Part shown: positions 1 through 9,910 of the stretch, in pieces
Position numbering within the stretch: the stretch's first letter is position 1
Layout: every line of letters begins with the position of its first letter
Origin: Mycoplasma haemocanis str. Illinois
Lineage (GTDB): Bacteria; Bacillota_I; Bacilli_A; Mycoplasmatales; Mycoplasmoidaceae
Length of the DNA: 24,000 bases
Direction: 5' to 3'
NCBI GenBank assembly: GCA_000238995.1
Contig: CP003199.1
Location: 414,673-438,672 of the forward strand
Program-made: the position numbers and the translations under genes
The notes under the pieces: model-generated
Database searches by the model: none
Seen by the model: the letters and a program-made list of their open reading frames with translations, nothing else
Told to the model about the DNA's origin: nothing

Positions 1-96
1 TCTGTTGATAAGTTAGCTTCTGCAAGAAGAGCTAATCTTTATTATTTAAGAGAGTCTAAAGGGTTGGCTGAAAAGATTAGAAGACTGAAAAAATAA
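1..96 (+). CDS. rplS: 50S ribosomal protein L19, C-terminal end (5' part lies outside the window)
   Basis: Frame 1 is open from base 1 to TAA at 94-96. It translates to SVDKLASARRANLYYLRESKGLAEKIRRLKK, which matches the conserved L19 C-terminus (RRAKLYYLR...GKAARIKE). Confidence 0.6.
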   Translation, partial: SVDKLASARRANLYYLRESKGLAEKIRRLKK

Positions 97-99
97 TAT

Positions 100-789
100 T
101 TGGTAAAGAAGATAACAGTTCTTACCATATTTCCAGAAATAATAGAGTCCTATATTTCAAAGTCCATACCAAGGAGAGCACAACTTAAAGGATTAGTGGA
201 GATAGAGGTTATTAATATTAGATCTCATCCACAGGAACAGGTGGATGATTATGCCTATGGTGGGGGATCGGGAATGGTACTTAAAATAGAGCCTATTTTA
301 AGTAGATTAAGAGAGGGAGATTTGCTTAAAGATAGAGTGATATATTTAACGCCCTCTGGGAAGACTTTAAATAATGAAATGGCTAAGAAGCTTTCTGAAT
401 GTAGAGAGAATTTAGTTCTTATATGTGGACATTATGAGGGAATAGATGAAAGATTGAGTAAGTATATAAATGAAGAGATCTCAATAGGAGATTATGTATT
501 AAGCTCTGGAGAGTTATCTGCTTTAGTCCTTCTGGATAGTGTGGTGAGACTTATTCCTAAGGTAATAAGTGAGCATAGTCTTAAATCCGAATCTTTTTCA
601 GATTATCTATTGGATTATCCGGTATATACTCGACCTCAGGAGTTTGAGGGTGATAAAGTTCCAGAAGTATATTTAAGTGGAGATCACAAGGCAATAGAAG
701 AGTATCGATTAAAGATGAGAAAGAAAGTAACGAAAGAGAAGCGTCCTGATTTGTATGAGAAGTACTTAAAGCTTAATAAAGCTACCTAA
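100..789 (+). CDS. trmD: tRNA (guanine37-N1)-methyltransferase TrmD
   Basis: 229-aa ORF with a TTG start 3 nt after the rplS stop. N-terminus is ITVLTIFPEI. TrmD signatures YGGGSGMVLK and CGHYEGIDERL are present. Confidence 0.9.
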   Translation: MVKKITVLTIFPEIIESYISKSIPRRAQLKGLVEIEVINIRSHPQEQVDDYAYGGGSGMVLKIEPILSRLREGDLLKDRVIYLTPSGKTLNNEMAKKLSECRENLVLICGHYEGIDERLSKYINEEISIGDYVLSSGELSALVLLDSVVRLIPKVISEHSLKSESFSDYLLDYPVYTRPQEFEGDKVPEVYLSGDHKAIEEYRLKMRKKVTKEKRPDLYEKYLKLNKAT

Positions 790-3495
790 CTTTAGTTTTG
801 TCTTATCTAGTTGGGGCGTTATATACAGAGACTCCTCACTATAAACTGAGTAGCTCATATATTTAAAGGGAATTTCATGCTTGGATCATGATCCTATTTC
901 CTTCATAAAGTTCATATTTATTCAGAATGGATTCCTTATTAATGCCTCTCCTAGTATGTTATGGATTTCTATTCCCAATAGAGACAAACCACTAGAAGCT
1001 CAGATGCTTTGAAAGGTATGTTTTATGGCTAACACTGACTTAATTGCCTTTTCCAGATTTAATTGAGCATAAGAAACTTTCATTTTTTCCCAATCTATAT
1101 TTGGGTAATAAATATTGCTCTTATTATTATCTCTAAATACGAACTTAAGACGATCATAGTGATTTAATAACCCCACACTTGTGCTGCCTTCTTTGGCTAA
1201 GAAGGCATCGTACTGACTTTTATTTTCTTCTGAATTAATGATTATTGGTTGCTCGGGAGAGAAGGAGGAGTAATTAAGTGTAAATTTTTGACTTATTAGA
1301 GCTACATCTTCATTCTTTGGGGAGAGTATCTCCCATTCATTCCTTGGCTTTTGTGAGATATCTCATGAGGTAGAGTATTGATCGCTTGATTTAGTTTCAC
1401 TACGGAATCATTCTTTTACATTAAAAAATGCTCCGCTATATCCCACAAATACTTGCTTATGTTTAAGAGTAATAGGATCTTGGAATAGAGATTTAAAGAA
1501 TACGGGTCAGGGTCTTTTATCTTCTGGAGTAGAACTTCCACTTTTTAGATATTTGTGATCGAAAATGGAGTGAATTGTATGTATTATGAAGGATATAGGT
1601 CTTTGTTTTAGAAGAGTTTGAAAATTCCATAGTTGAGATACTCCTAATGCAGATTTAGAAGGATCTTTATAGGTATCTATCTTCTCATACAGTTTGTAAA
1701 AGAACTTAGAAAAATTGGCTAAATTGATGCTGCTAGACACATCTAAAGCCTTTCAACCTATATTTTTGCCCTTTATATTTATGCCTTGATAATCTTCTGA
1801 ATCCCCTATGGATATTCCAATGGGAGAATTAGAAGCTTCATATATATTCTCTATGTATTCATTGGCATCTATCTCTAAGCTATTTATTCCCAAGAATTGA
1901 GAAGCATCGGGCATTAATACATCAAATATATCTAAACCCATAAAACTACCTCCACTCCCCATCTCTTTGAACACAGATCTTATTGGGGCGAGAATAGTAC
2001 TTAAGCTAGATAGTTTTTTAGTGATGTCAAACTTTTGATCTCCGGAAGAAGAGTCATATTTTTTCTGATGAGAATCTCAATGCCCTTGAAGGGGAATTTT
2101 TAAAGATTTCTCAAAAGTGATTTTTTGTTTAAATTTAAAAGAAACGGCGGGATAGGGAGAGACATATCCTAAAGGCTGCATAACTCTTTTGGGCTTTTCT
2201 ATTCAATCTATGCTTATCTTTATGGAATCTTGCATTTGCTTTAGTTGATAGGATCAACTATCTAGCAATGCACGGCATTCCTCTTCTGTTAGCTTCAGAT
2301 CTTTCCCTTCATTAGTTAATAGGAAATCTAGAATCTTTCTGTATGAGCTATTTAATTTCATATGGTTATACAGGCCATCTTTGAAGGTATGGCTTTTCAT
2401 GACCATTTCTATAAGAGAAGCCTTACGACCGTGTTTGTCTGTGAAACTTCTCTTCTTAAACATCTCTATTAAGTTTCGTAAGTCGGAGATATAAACTCTA
2501 ATTTGATGGGCTTTATATGCCCCGAATCAGAACTCAATATCCTTCTCCATTTGATTTTCACTAATGTTGGTTAGGAGATGAGTTAACTTCTCTCTTACAT
2601 ATCCATAGTCTAAAGAACTGATGATTGGAAAAGGACGGTCTAATTCTTCTTCCGGAAGAAGTTTTTGAAGATTATTTAATGCAACGCTTGCTCCGTATAT
2701 TAGGGGCAAGGAGAATCTGGTTTCTTCTATTTTCTTGTGGTTGACAGTCTTAATTATCTTTCATGATGAATTCTTTGGAAATAGGGATCATGAAATTTGC
2801 TTACTATTCCCTAAGTTAACGGGAATAATAGTGGGCTTGATTTCACTTGATGGGAGGTATATATGTATGTCATTTTCGTTCAGAGGATCTATCTCTATAG
2901 ATTTGAATAAATAGGCCTTCCCTTTATTAGGATTAAGAATTCTTAACTTTAAATTAAAGTCCTTAACTAAGGAAGACCTTTCTTCCTTTTGGAATTCTAT
3001 CTTTATTGAATCAACTCTTATTAAAGTGGAAAGATATTCCGATTCAGAAAGTATTGATTCAAGAATATCTCTGATTATTTCTTCTTTTTTAAGAGAGTTA
3101 ACGGCTTGTATAAAGGGATTATCTCTATAGCTTAAATCCTTATCAGAGAGGGTGGATGCTGTTCTATTTCAAGTCTTAAGACTATTGAAGACCTTAAATA
3201 GATTTCCTGTTTCTTCAAATCCTTTAGTAGACGATGGAATTTCCAGATATTTTCTTATGGATGGATCAAATATTTGATAATTTTGGGAGTAAAGATGATC
3301 TTTATGGAAGAAGTCCTTCAGAAATAGTGGTCTATCTTGAAAATTTAATTTGTTCTTGTTTCTAAGAGGAAGAGATCCTTCTATTTTCTCAAATTGCTCT
3401 TTTTCAAAGGCCCTAAAGTAGATAAAACCTAACGCAAAGAAGATTCCTCCGGCCCCTATTGCCAGCCTCCTTCGACTTGGCAATATAAAGAACAC
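766..3495 (-). CDS. Large N-terminally membrane-anchored hypothetical protein, paralog A (909 aa under code 4)
   Basis: I checked every plus-strand frame-1 triplet from 769 to 3180 and found no in-frame TAA or TAG. The only interruptions are about 14 TGA codons. Track fragments 3169-3495, 2527-2709, 2254-2463, 1753-1974 and 1507-1740 all share one frame. The N-terminus MFFILPSRRRLAIGAGGIFFALGFIYF is a signal or anchor helix. The protein is collinear and homologous with the next gene (for example PISFIIHTIHSIFDHKYLKS...DKRPW against PISFIAHAINSIFDKNYLKS...GKRPW). No known family recognised. Confidence 0.7.
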
Positions 3496-3499
3496 TTAT

Positions 3500-6310
3500 T
3501 TAACGACTCAACGACCCTAATTTTAATTTTAAATGATCTAAATTGGGGTTTACAAACAATCAATTTTCGCTAAATGGAGAATAAAACAGGTGTTTTATGG
3601 GGTGTTCTATTGTTCAGAAAGAACCTTTTTCATCCATTAAGTTCATATTGATTCAAAATCCATCTCTAACTAATGCCTCTCCCAAAATTTTATGAAATTC
3701 AATGCCAACAGAATCAACTGCCAAACCCAATAAACCTGTTGCTGTGTTTTCAAGTGCTAAAACGGATTTGATGGCTTTTTCTAAATTCAACTGTACATAA
3801 GACACTTTTGTATTATTTCAATTAATCTCTTTATTGGATGGAAAAAAGTTGGGATCCTTTTCAAATCTAGATTTGAATACCTCTTTCAGTTTAGTATAGT
3901 TATTCACCAATCCAATAGAGCTTTGTCCTTCTTTTGCTAGAAAGTCATTATACGCTTTTGTGTCGTCGCTTGTCCCAAATACAATCGGCTTTTCTGGAAA
4001 ATACGAGGAATACGTTGGAAAGAATTTCTTGGAGATACTTTTAACCTCTTCCGAATTAGGTACAATCTGCTTTTTCTTACTTCCTTTTAAAGAGAAAGCA
4101 GTACAATAAATCTTATCTGATCCTGATCCCTGACACTTTTCCTTTTCCGAATTGTTATCCCACTCTTTATCCCACTCAAAAAAAACGCTAGAAAGACCAG
4201 TTAATAACTGCTTACTTTTAAAATCTAATGAATTTTGAAACAGGGAGTTGAAAAATACCGGTCATGGTCTTTTGCCCTCTTCACTGCCCTTTGATTTAAG
4301 ATAATTTTTATCAAATATAGAGTTGATTGCGTGAGCTATAAATGAAATAGGATCGGATGCTAATCTTGATTTAGCTGATAAAAGTTGTACCGCTCCTAAA
4401 ACAAAACCACTTTTGTCTTTATATGTATCAAATTTTTCATAAAGATTGTAGAACAAAGATGTAAATTTTGAGAGATCTTGTTTGTGAGTTATATCTAATG
4501 ATTTCCATCCAATATTGGTTCCTGGAAAGTGTATTTTTTGCATATCTTCCTCTCCCCCAATTGCTAAAGTAATTGGGGAGTTTTTAGACTCATAGATATT
4601 GGAAATTTCTTGACTGCCTTTTATGGTTAACGCTTCAAAACCTATAAATTGTGCAGCATCAGGAATTAGGACATCCATGATATTTATCCCACCAACACTA
4701 CCACCAATACCATTAAATAAGAAGCTTATGGGAGTTAGAAATTCCTTTACATTCTTCAGTCTATTAGATAAATCAAATTTATGTTTCTTCTCCGTCTCCG
4801 AGGTAGATTCTTCAAATTTACCATTCTCAGTGTCGTAAATCCCTTTTAGAGGGATTTTTATTTCTTTTGTAAAGACAAATTTTTGCGTAAATTTATATGA
4901 GAATGCAGGATATATATTTTCATACCCAAGATCTGCATTTGTCTTTACAGGCTGTTTATCTCATTTCAATTCTATACGTATAGAATCCTTTATTTGTTCT
5001 AGCTGATATGCTCAACTGTTAAGAAGAGCCTTAGCCTCCTTAACAGTAATCTTCAGGTCCTTCTTTCTTTCATTTTGTAAAAATAAGGTGTCTAAGACTT
5101 TTCGTAATTTGGAATCAAATTGAAAGTGGTTGTATAAGTTGTTCCTAAAGTTAAAGTCATTAACAGCATTATCTACTACCGATGCTTTGTTACCATGCTT
5201 GTCAAAGAAAGTGTTCTTTTGAAGAATGTTTATTATGTTTATCGCGTCTTCAATTTTCGTTCTTAAAATGAATGCAGTAAAGGAACCATATCATCTTTCA
5301 ATATCTTTTTTAACTTGATCTGCAGTTATGTTTATCAGTTTAGTAGATAGCGCTTTTCTTACATACTCATAGTCAATTAAAGAGTGAGAATTGTTTACTA
5401 AACCCCAAATATTTGTATTACCCACCCATTTTTCGAAGAATCTGGAATAGTTGTAAAGAAGGAACAAATTATCTTTGTGTTCTGTAGTTTTAATTTTGTT
5501 GGGGTAAATGACTTCTTTTGTAACTTTAAAACCTTCTTCTATTGGGAATATACTTCAGGAGGATGCACTCGATTTAAAACCTGTAATAGGACCTGTAATA
5601 GGCTTTAACTCCCCTTCTTTAAGCGTTATCGAAACATCTGTTTCACTTGTAGGATCTATTTCTATACGTTTAAAAACGAAGGCTTTTTGTCTATTGGGGT
5701 TGAATATTCTAAATTTAATGTTTAGACTTTTAATTACATCTGACTTATCCAGGAGAGGACTCTTCTGGTATCCAGTTTTCTCCCTTTTGAAATTGATGGT
5801 TATGGATTCAGGCCTTATTAATGTAGAGTTAACGTGAGATTCTTCGGCTAGAGATCAAAGAATATCTTGAACTAATTTTTCGTCACTAAAGTTGTTTAAC
5901 TCTTGTTGAAAAAACCCAGATTTGTAGGCTATTTCCTTGTCAGAAGTAAGAGTCCATTCTTTTTTGTAATGCAGCATATTCAATAAATCTTGCTTCTTTT
6001 TAGAATAAGGACCGTCTTTAAATTTTTCATCTTGTACATCTTGTAGATATTTCTGCATTTCTGGAGCGAACAGGTGTTTATATTGTTGAAAGCTTGTCTT
6101 TTGGATGTGTGAAGGTTCTAGTCGATCTTTGAAGGAGGGAATGAAGGGTAAATCTCCCTTTAGAAACGAATCTCTTCTCTTGTCTTGAAGAATTTCAGAT
6201 CCCTCTACCTGTTGAAATTGATAGTCTTGTCAGTCATGTATGAAAGAACCAAGGCTATATAAAGAGCCACTTAAGAAGATTGTTGCAAAGGCTACACCTT
6301 TATTGATCAT
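3500..6310 (-). CDS. Large N-terminally membrane-anchored hypothetical protein, paralog B (936 aa under code 4)
   Basis: Single frame from ATG at 6310 to TAA at 3500-3502, translated by hand across most of its length and interrupted only by TGA. N-terminus is MINKGVAFATIFLSGSLYSLGSF. Fragments 5855-6058 and 4262-4678 are in the same frame. The C-terminal tail ...LDHLKLKLGS resembles ...LDKTKLKLGS of paralog A. Confidence 0.7.
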
Positions 6311-7336
6311 CTATTGAATAACCAGAGGTAATAATTTTCTTTTCTTCTCAGGCTCAGGCATTAATCCACTTTCATTATTTCTGTGAACTAGTATGCTCCC
6401 TTTAACGCTGTTGTGAAGCTTGTAAATGTATCACATAATGTTAGAAAATACGATTACTGAAGGTATGGAAGTGAAGATTCTGGCTATTAAGAACTGCTCA
6501 TAGGGGAGGGAAGACAGCTTAACGTCAAATAAAGGCAAAGATACCATATCAACTATCAAGTAAATTGCACAATTGGTGGTGAATATTAGAAAAAACTCAT
6601 ATAGCTTTGCGTACTTATGAACTCAAGCTGTATCCTTAAACTCTTCTTCATCTAATCTGTTTATAGCCATGGTTGAAATAGTTAAGAAATAAAGAACTAT
6701 TCCCACCAAGCCAGAAACAAAGAGAAGTATGTGACTTCACTTTATTCCGAAAGAAAAGGATAGAAGGTTTATGGTATAACGAGAATCTCCTCCGTCATTA
6801 TTTTTGAGCAGTATTCCTAAATAAATTAGGCCAGCAATGGTCATTCCTCCGGCTATTAATGCCGGAGTATTCTTATTAGTTTTATTCATTCTTATTAGGT
6901 TGTTTATTATCCCACCAAAGAAGCCATTCATGATGGCAGACAGGAAGTACCCATAGTTAAGAACGGAAGAGGTAAGTATTACTGTAAGAAGGTCAGTACT
7001 AAATCCTATGAAGATACCAATTATGGGGCCAAATAAAATCCCTCCCATCTTTATAAGTATGTTCTCTATTAGGAATCTAGATCCGGGATATATCTTGAAT
7101 AGGAAACTCATCATTTGATTGGAGATCATGGATATTGTGATTATCAATGCTATATTCATGGCTGTTAGCATTGAGATATTGGAGATGCTTTTTATCTGTG
7201 GCTGAGGGATTATGATGTATTGACGGCCAAATAGGGCCTTGTAATAAAGTTTTTTAAATAGTAAGGCTACTAGGTATACGAAAACTATTCCAAAATATAC
7301 AAACGTCGCATGCTTATCGTTAATGGGGTGTTCCAT
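6311..7336 (-). CDS. Polytopic membrane protein, possibly an ECF-transporter S (substrate-binding) component
   Basis: Track ORF 6737-7336 continues through TGA codons to TAG at 6311-6313, giving 341 aa. It has multiple hydrophobic helices. The segment KMGGILFGPIIGIFIGFSTDLL resembles the GP..G...G..D.L region of ECF S components. The functional call comes from motif memory only. Confidence 0.45.
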
Positions 7337-7348
7337 TGACGATAACGT

Positions 7349-7669
7349 CTATCCCAGATGGGTTTCTATCAAATTTTCAAGACTGTCTTTTTCCATATAA
7401 CCTAAAGCCCTGTACTGCTCTATTCCCCGTTTATAAAAAATCAAAGTAGGAACACTTCCGGTGCTTACAACTGAATTAACCTTAGGAAGCTCATCAAGAT
7501 ATACCTTTAGGAAAGCTATATCTTCATACTTCTCAGAAACTTCAAAGAAAATGGGAGTCAACTTTTTACAAGGAGGACAAGTAGTTGTACTCAGCATAAG
7601 TACCAACTTTTGTTGATTCCTTATTGCGTTAAATACCTCCTCTTCTAGTAGGGCTTCTCTAGCTTTCAT
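7349..7669 (-). CDS. Thioredoxin-family protein with a CPPC active site
   Basis: 106 aa with thioredoxin-fold layout: ...LMLSTTTCPPCKKLTPIF...SVPTLIFYKRG. The active site is C-P-P-C rather than the canonical WCGPC. Confidence 0.8.
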   Translation of the reverse strand: MKAREALLEEEVFNAIRNQQKLVLMLSTTTCPPCKKLTPIFFEVSEKYEDIAFLKVYLDELPKVNSVVSTGSVPTLIFYKRGIEQYRALGYMEKDSLENLIETHLG

Positions 7670-8378
7670 TTAAAGTTGTAATACTTAGAATTTCATTATC
7701 AATCAAATTCTTAGGAAGATCGGGTAAATTAAAGTCCATTCTTACGGAGATATCAACCATAAGATCAGGAGGCAATAACTCCTTAAAGGAAGCGTATCTT
7801 ATTGCATTCAGAAAGGAACAGTTTTTTAACAAAGATAAATCAAATCTAATCTTTGTTATATTGATACTTTTGTATTCAATCCCTTCTGCTTCATTCTTAA
7901 AAATGTAATTCTTCTTTTTAGTATTACGATCGTAAGATGCTTGTAGAAGTATCTCTTTAGCCACTGCAGGTTCCATGTTATTGTGAACCACCATGAAATC
8001 TAATTTAGGATATTCCTCGGAAGGTTTGGCAAAAAACTTCTTATTAATGTAGTTGATTAAAGAACTTTTATCCTTGCCATATTCCTTACCTGCTAAGTAA
8101 TTGTGAGTTACTATGGTTTTAGGATCTGGAGATAGGAAATATATCCTGTCAAGAGAGGCGATTCCTGTCTTCTCATCGAAGGAAATTTGGGGATACAATT
8201 CCAACTCTCCCGAATATTCTTGTCCCAAATACGCACACTCCTTATTATGATATCCTACGTACTCATTCAAGGCTTCTCAGAGGGACAAAAAGTGTTCATT
8301 CTGAAAAGATCTGAAGAAAATGGATAACGCTTCAGATAACCAAGAATTAGTATCGGGATAAATTAACCTCTTTTTCAT
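7659..8378 (-). CDS. Hypothetical protein (239 aa)
   Basis: Track ORF 7659-8270 extends in frame upstream through one TGA to ATG at 8378 (MKKRLIYPDTNSWLSEALSIFFRSFQNEHFLSLWEALNEYVGYH...). Its 3' end overlaps the thioredoxin start by 11 nt. No family recognised. Confidence 0.55.
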
Positions 8379-8391
8379 AGGTTATCTAGAT

Positions 8392-8467
8392 GCACCTGTA
8401 GCTCAACGGATAGAGCATTTGACTTCGGATCAAAAGGTTGTAGGTTCGAATCCTATCAGGTGTGCCA
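8392..8467 (+). tRNA. tRNA-Arg (anticodon UCG), CCA encoded
   Basis: The 76-nt sequence folds by hand into a cloverleaf. Acceptor is GCACCTG/CAGGTGT, D stem GCTC/GAGC, anticodon stem TTTGA/TCAAA with loop CT-TCG-GA. T stem is GTAGG/CCTAT with loop TTCGAAT. Discriminator is G followed by CCA. Confidence 0.85.
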
Positions 8468-8471
8468 GACT

Positions 8472-8963
8472 TTAGTAGTGGGATTTTTTAAATAAATCCT
8501 TACACTCAGCCAAAATTTTCATAGCTTCCTCCAAATCCACAAACTCTTGAACTTCCACTTCCTTGTTTTCAAGTTTTTTGTAATTACTAAAAAAATCCTT
8601 AATTTCATTCAACAGAGCTTCAGGAATATCAGCTAACTTCTGGAAACTTTTGTATCTTACGTCCACGTCTACTACACCAATTAACTTGGTATCTCTATCT
8701 CCAGAATCTATCATTTTCATAGCACCCAATATTCGCGTAGGAATAACGGATCCCGGAAGAAGAGATTCGTTTGAAATGATTAAGACATCTAAGGGATCTC
8801 CATCATGGTCAAGAGTTTTCTCTATATATCCATAATTCTGAGGATAAACATTGGAACCAAATAAAACTCTATCTAGAACCAATTTTCCACTTTCCTTGTC
8901 TACTTCATATTTAAGTCTGGAGTTCTTGGAAATTTCAAGAACCACCTTTAACTTATTTTCCAT
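8472..8963 (-). CDS. ppa: Inorganic pyrophosphatase (family I)
   Basis: Contains the PPase signature DGDPLDVLII plus YPQNYGYI. The ATG at 8963 (MENKLKVV...) is preferred over the TTG at 8969 used in the ORF track. Confidence 0.9.
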   Translation of the reverse strand: MENKLKVVLEISKNSRLKYEVDKESGKLVLDRVLFGSNVYPQNYGYIEKTLDHDGDPLDVLIISNESLLPGSVIPTRILGAMKMIDSGDRDTKLIGVVDVDVRYKSFQKLADIPEALLNEIKDFFSNYKKLENKEVEVQEFVDLEEAMKILAECKDLFKKSHY

Positions 8964-9030
8964 TAGCAATATTTATCATTGATTAATATTAATCGTTAAA
9001 AGTTGCAAGCAATATTAAATTCGTATTTTT

Positions 9031-9804
9031 ATGAGCAAGATGGTAGCCAATTTGGTGGTTGCTGGAGCATGCGCTGCAGCGGGCGGTGCGTTGGCTTTGG
9101 CCTCTACTTTAAAGGATGAAAAAACTTTTCTGCTTAGAGCGGTTCCATCTTCTGGAGTAGGGAGAGAAGAGGAATACATGGACGGTAAGGAATTTCATGA
9201 GGCAGAGTTGGTTAGACATTCTTATAAAGATTTACTTAGAGGAACTAAGGCTTACAACAATGGTAACTACGTTATCTATTATGGATCTGAAGCTTGTCCC
9301 CACTGTACTGGTTTCCTATTTGGACATCAGGATTTAGCCAGAGGAAATCTTTGATTAGCGAGGGACAAAATGTCTGATGGTGCTTTCATGAAGGCATATG
9401 GTTACACTAGAAAGAATGAATTCCTTAAAAAGTTCAATATCAAATTCCTTATGTATGAGGATGTTCCTGAGTATTCCGGATCGAATGTAAATGATGACTT
9501 GTGGACTCTTCCTTGAAGTAGATGGGAGACGACCGATTTAAAGAAAGGTAGGGTTCAAGGGGAATACAAGAGAAATGATAAGTCTGCAAGAGAGTTTAGG
9601 CAAGTTATGGATGCTGCTATTGAGGCGTTTGGCGGAGATAAGGCTGGAGGTACTCCTACAGCTATCATCTATAAAAATGGAAAAGGGAAAGTATTTAACC
9701 ATGATCAACTAGAAGGACTTCGTACTAGAAAGCAAGGGGAGGATCTTTCTGATGATATTGAACTAAAGAACTATATTCATTATTACTACAGTCATAATCT
9801 CTAA
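9031..9804 (+). CDS. Exported or membrane-anchored thioredoxin-fold protein with a DsbA-type CPHC motif (257 aa)
   Basis: Track ORFs 9031-9354 and 9607-9804 share one frame and join through two TGA codons. The hydrophobic N-terminus is MSKMVANLVVAGACAAAGGALALAST. YYGSEACPHCTGF carries a C-P-H-C redox motif. Confidence 0.65.
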
Positions 9805-9910
9805 TAAAAGGAAATAAGGGTATTTCAGAGAGCCCTATTAATCCTTCAGTATGTGACTATGCATTTAGAATTTAACATTAATTAATCGGCTAATACTGAT
9901 CTGTATTTAG

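Noticed and set aside
4623-5837. Plus-strand ORFs 4623-4838 and 5508-5837.
   Set aside because: They lie antisense to paralog B, have low-complexity composition and resemble no known protein. They are shadow ORFs.
1507-6058. Many short minus-strand ORFs (60-140 aa) that look like a field of gene fragments or pseudogenes.
   Set aside because: They are pieces of two long genes (766-3495 and 3500-6310). All pieces are in one frame and separated only by TGA. I checked for in-frame TAA or TAG and found none.
8650-8835. Plus-strand 61-aa ORF.
   Set aside because: It lies antisense inside the well-supported ppa gene.
9805-9910. Possible terminator hairpin after the CPHC gene (AGGG...CCCT).
   Set aside because: The stem is only 4 bp with a long loop and no convincing T-tract.
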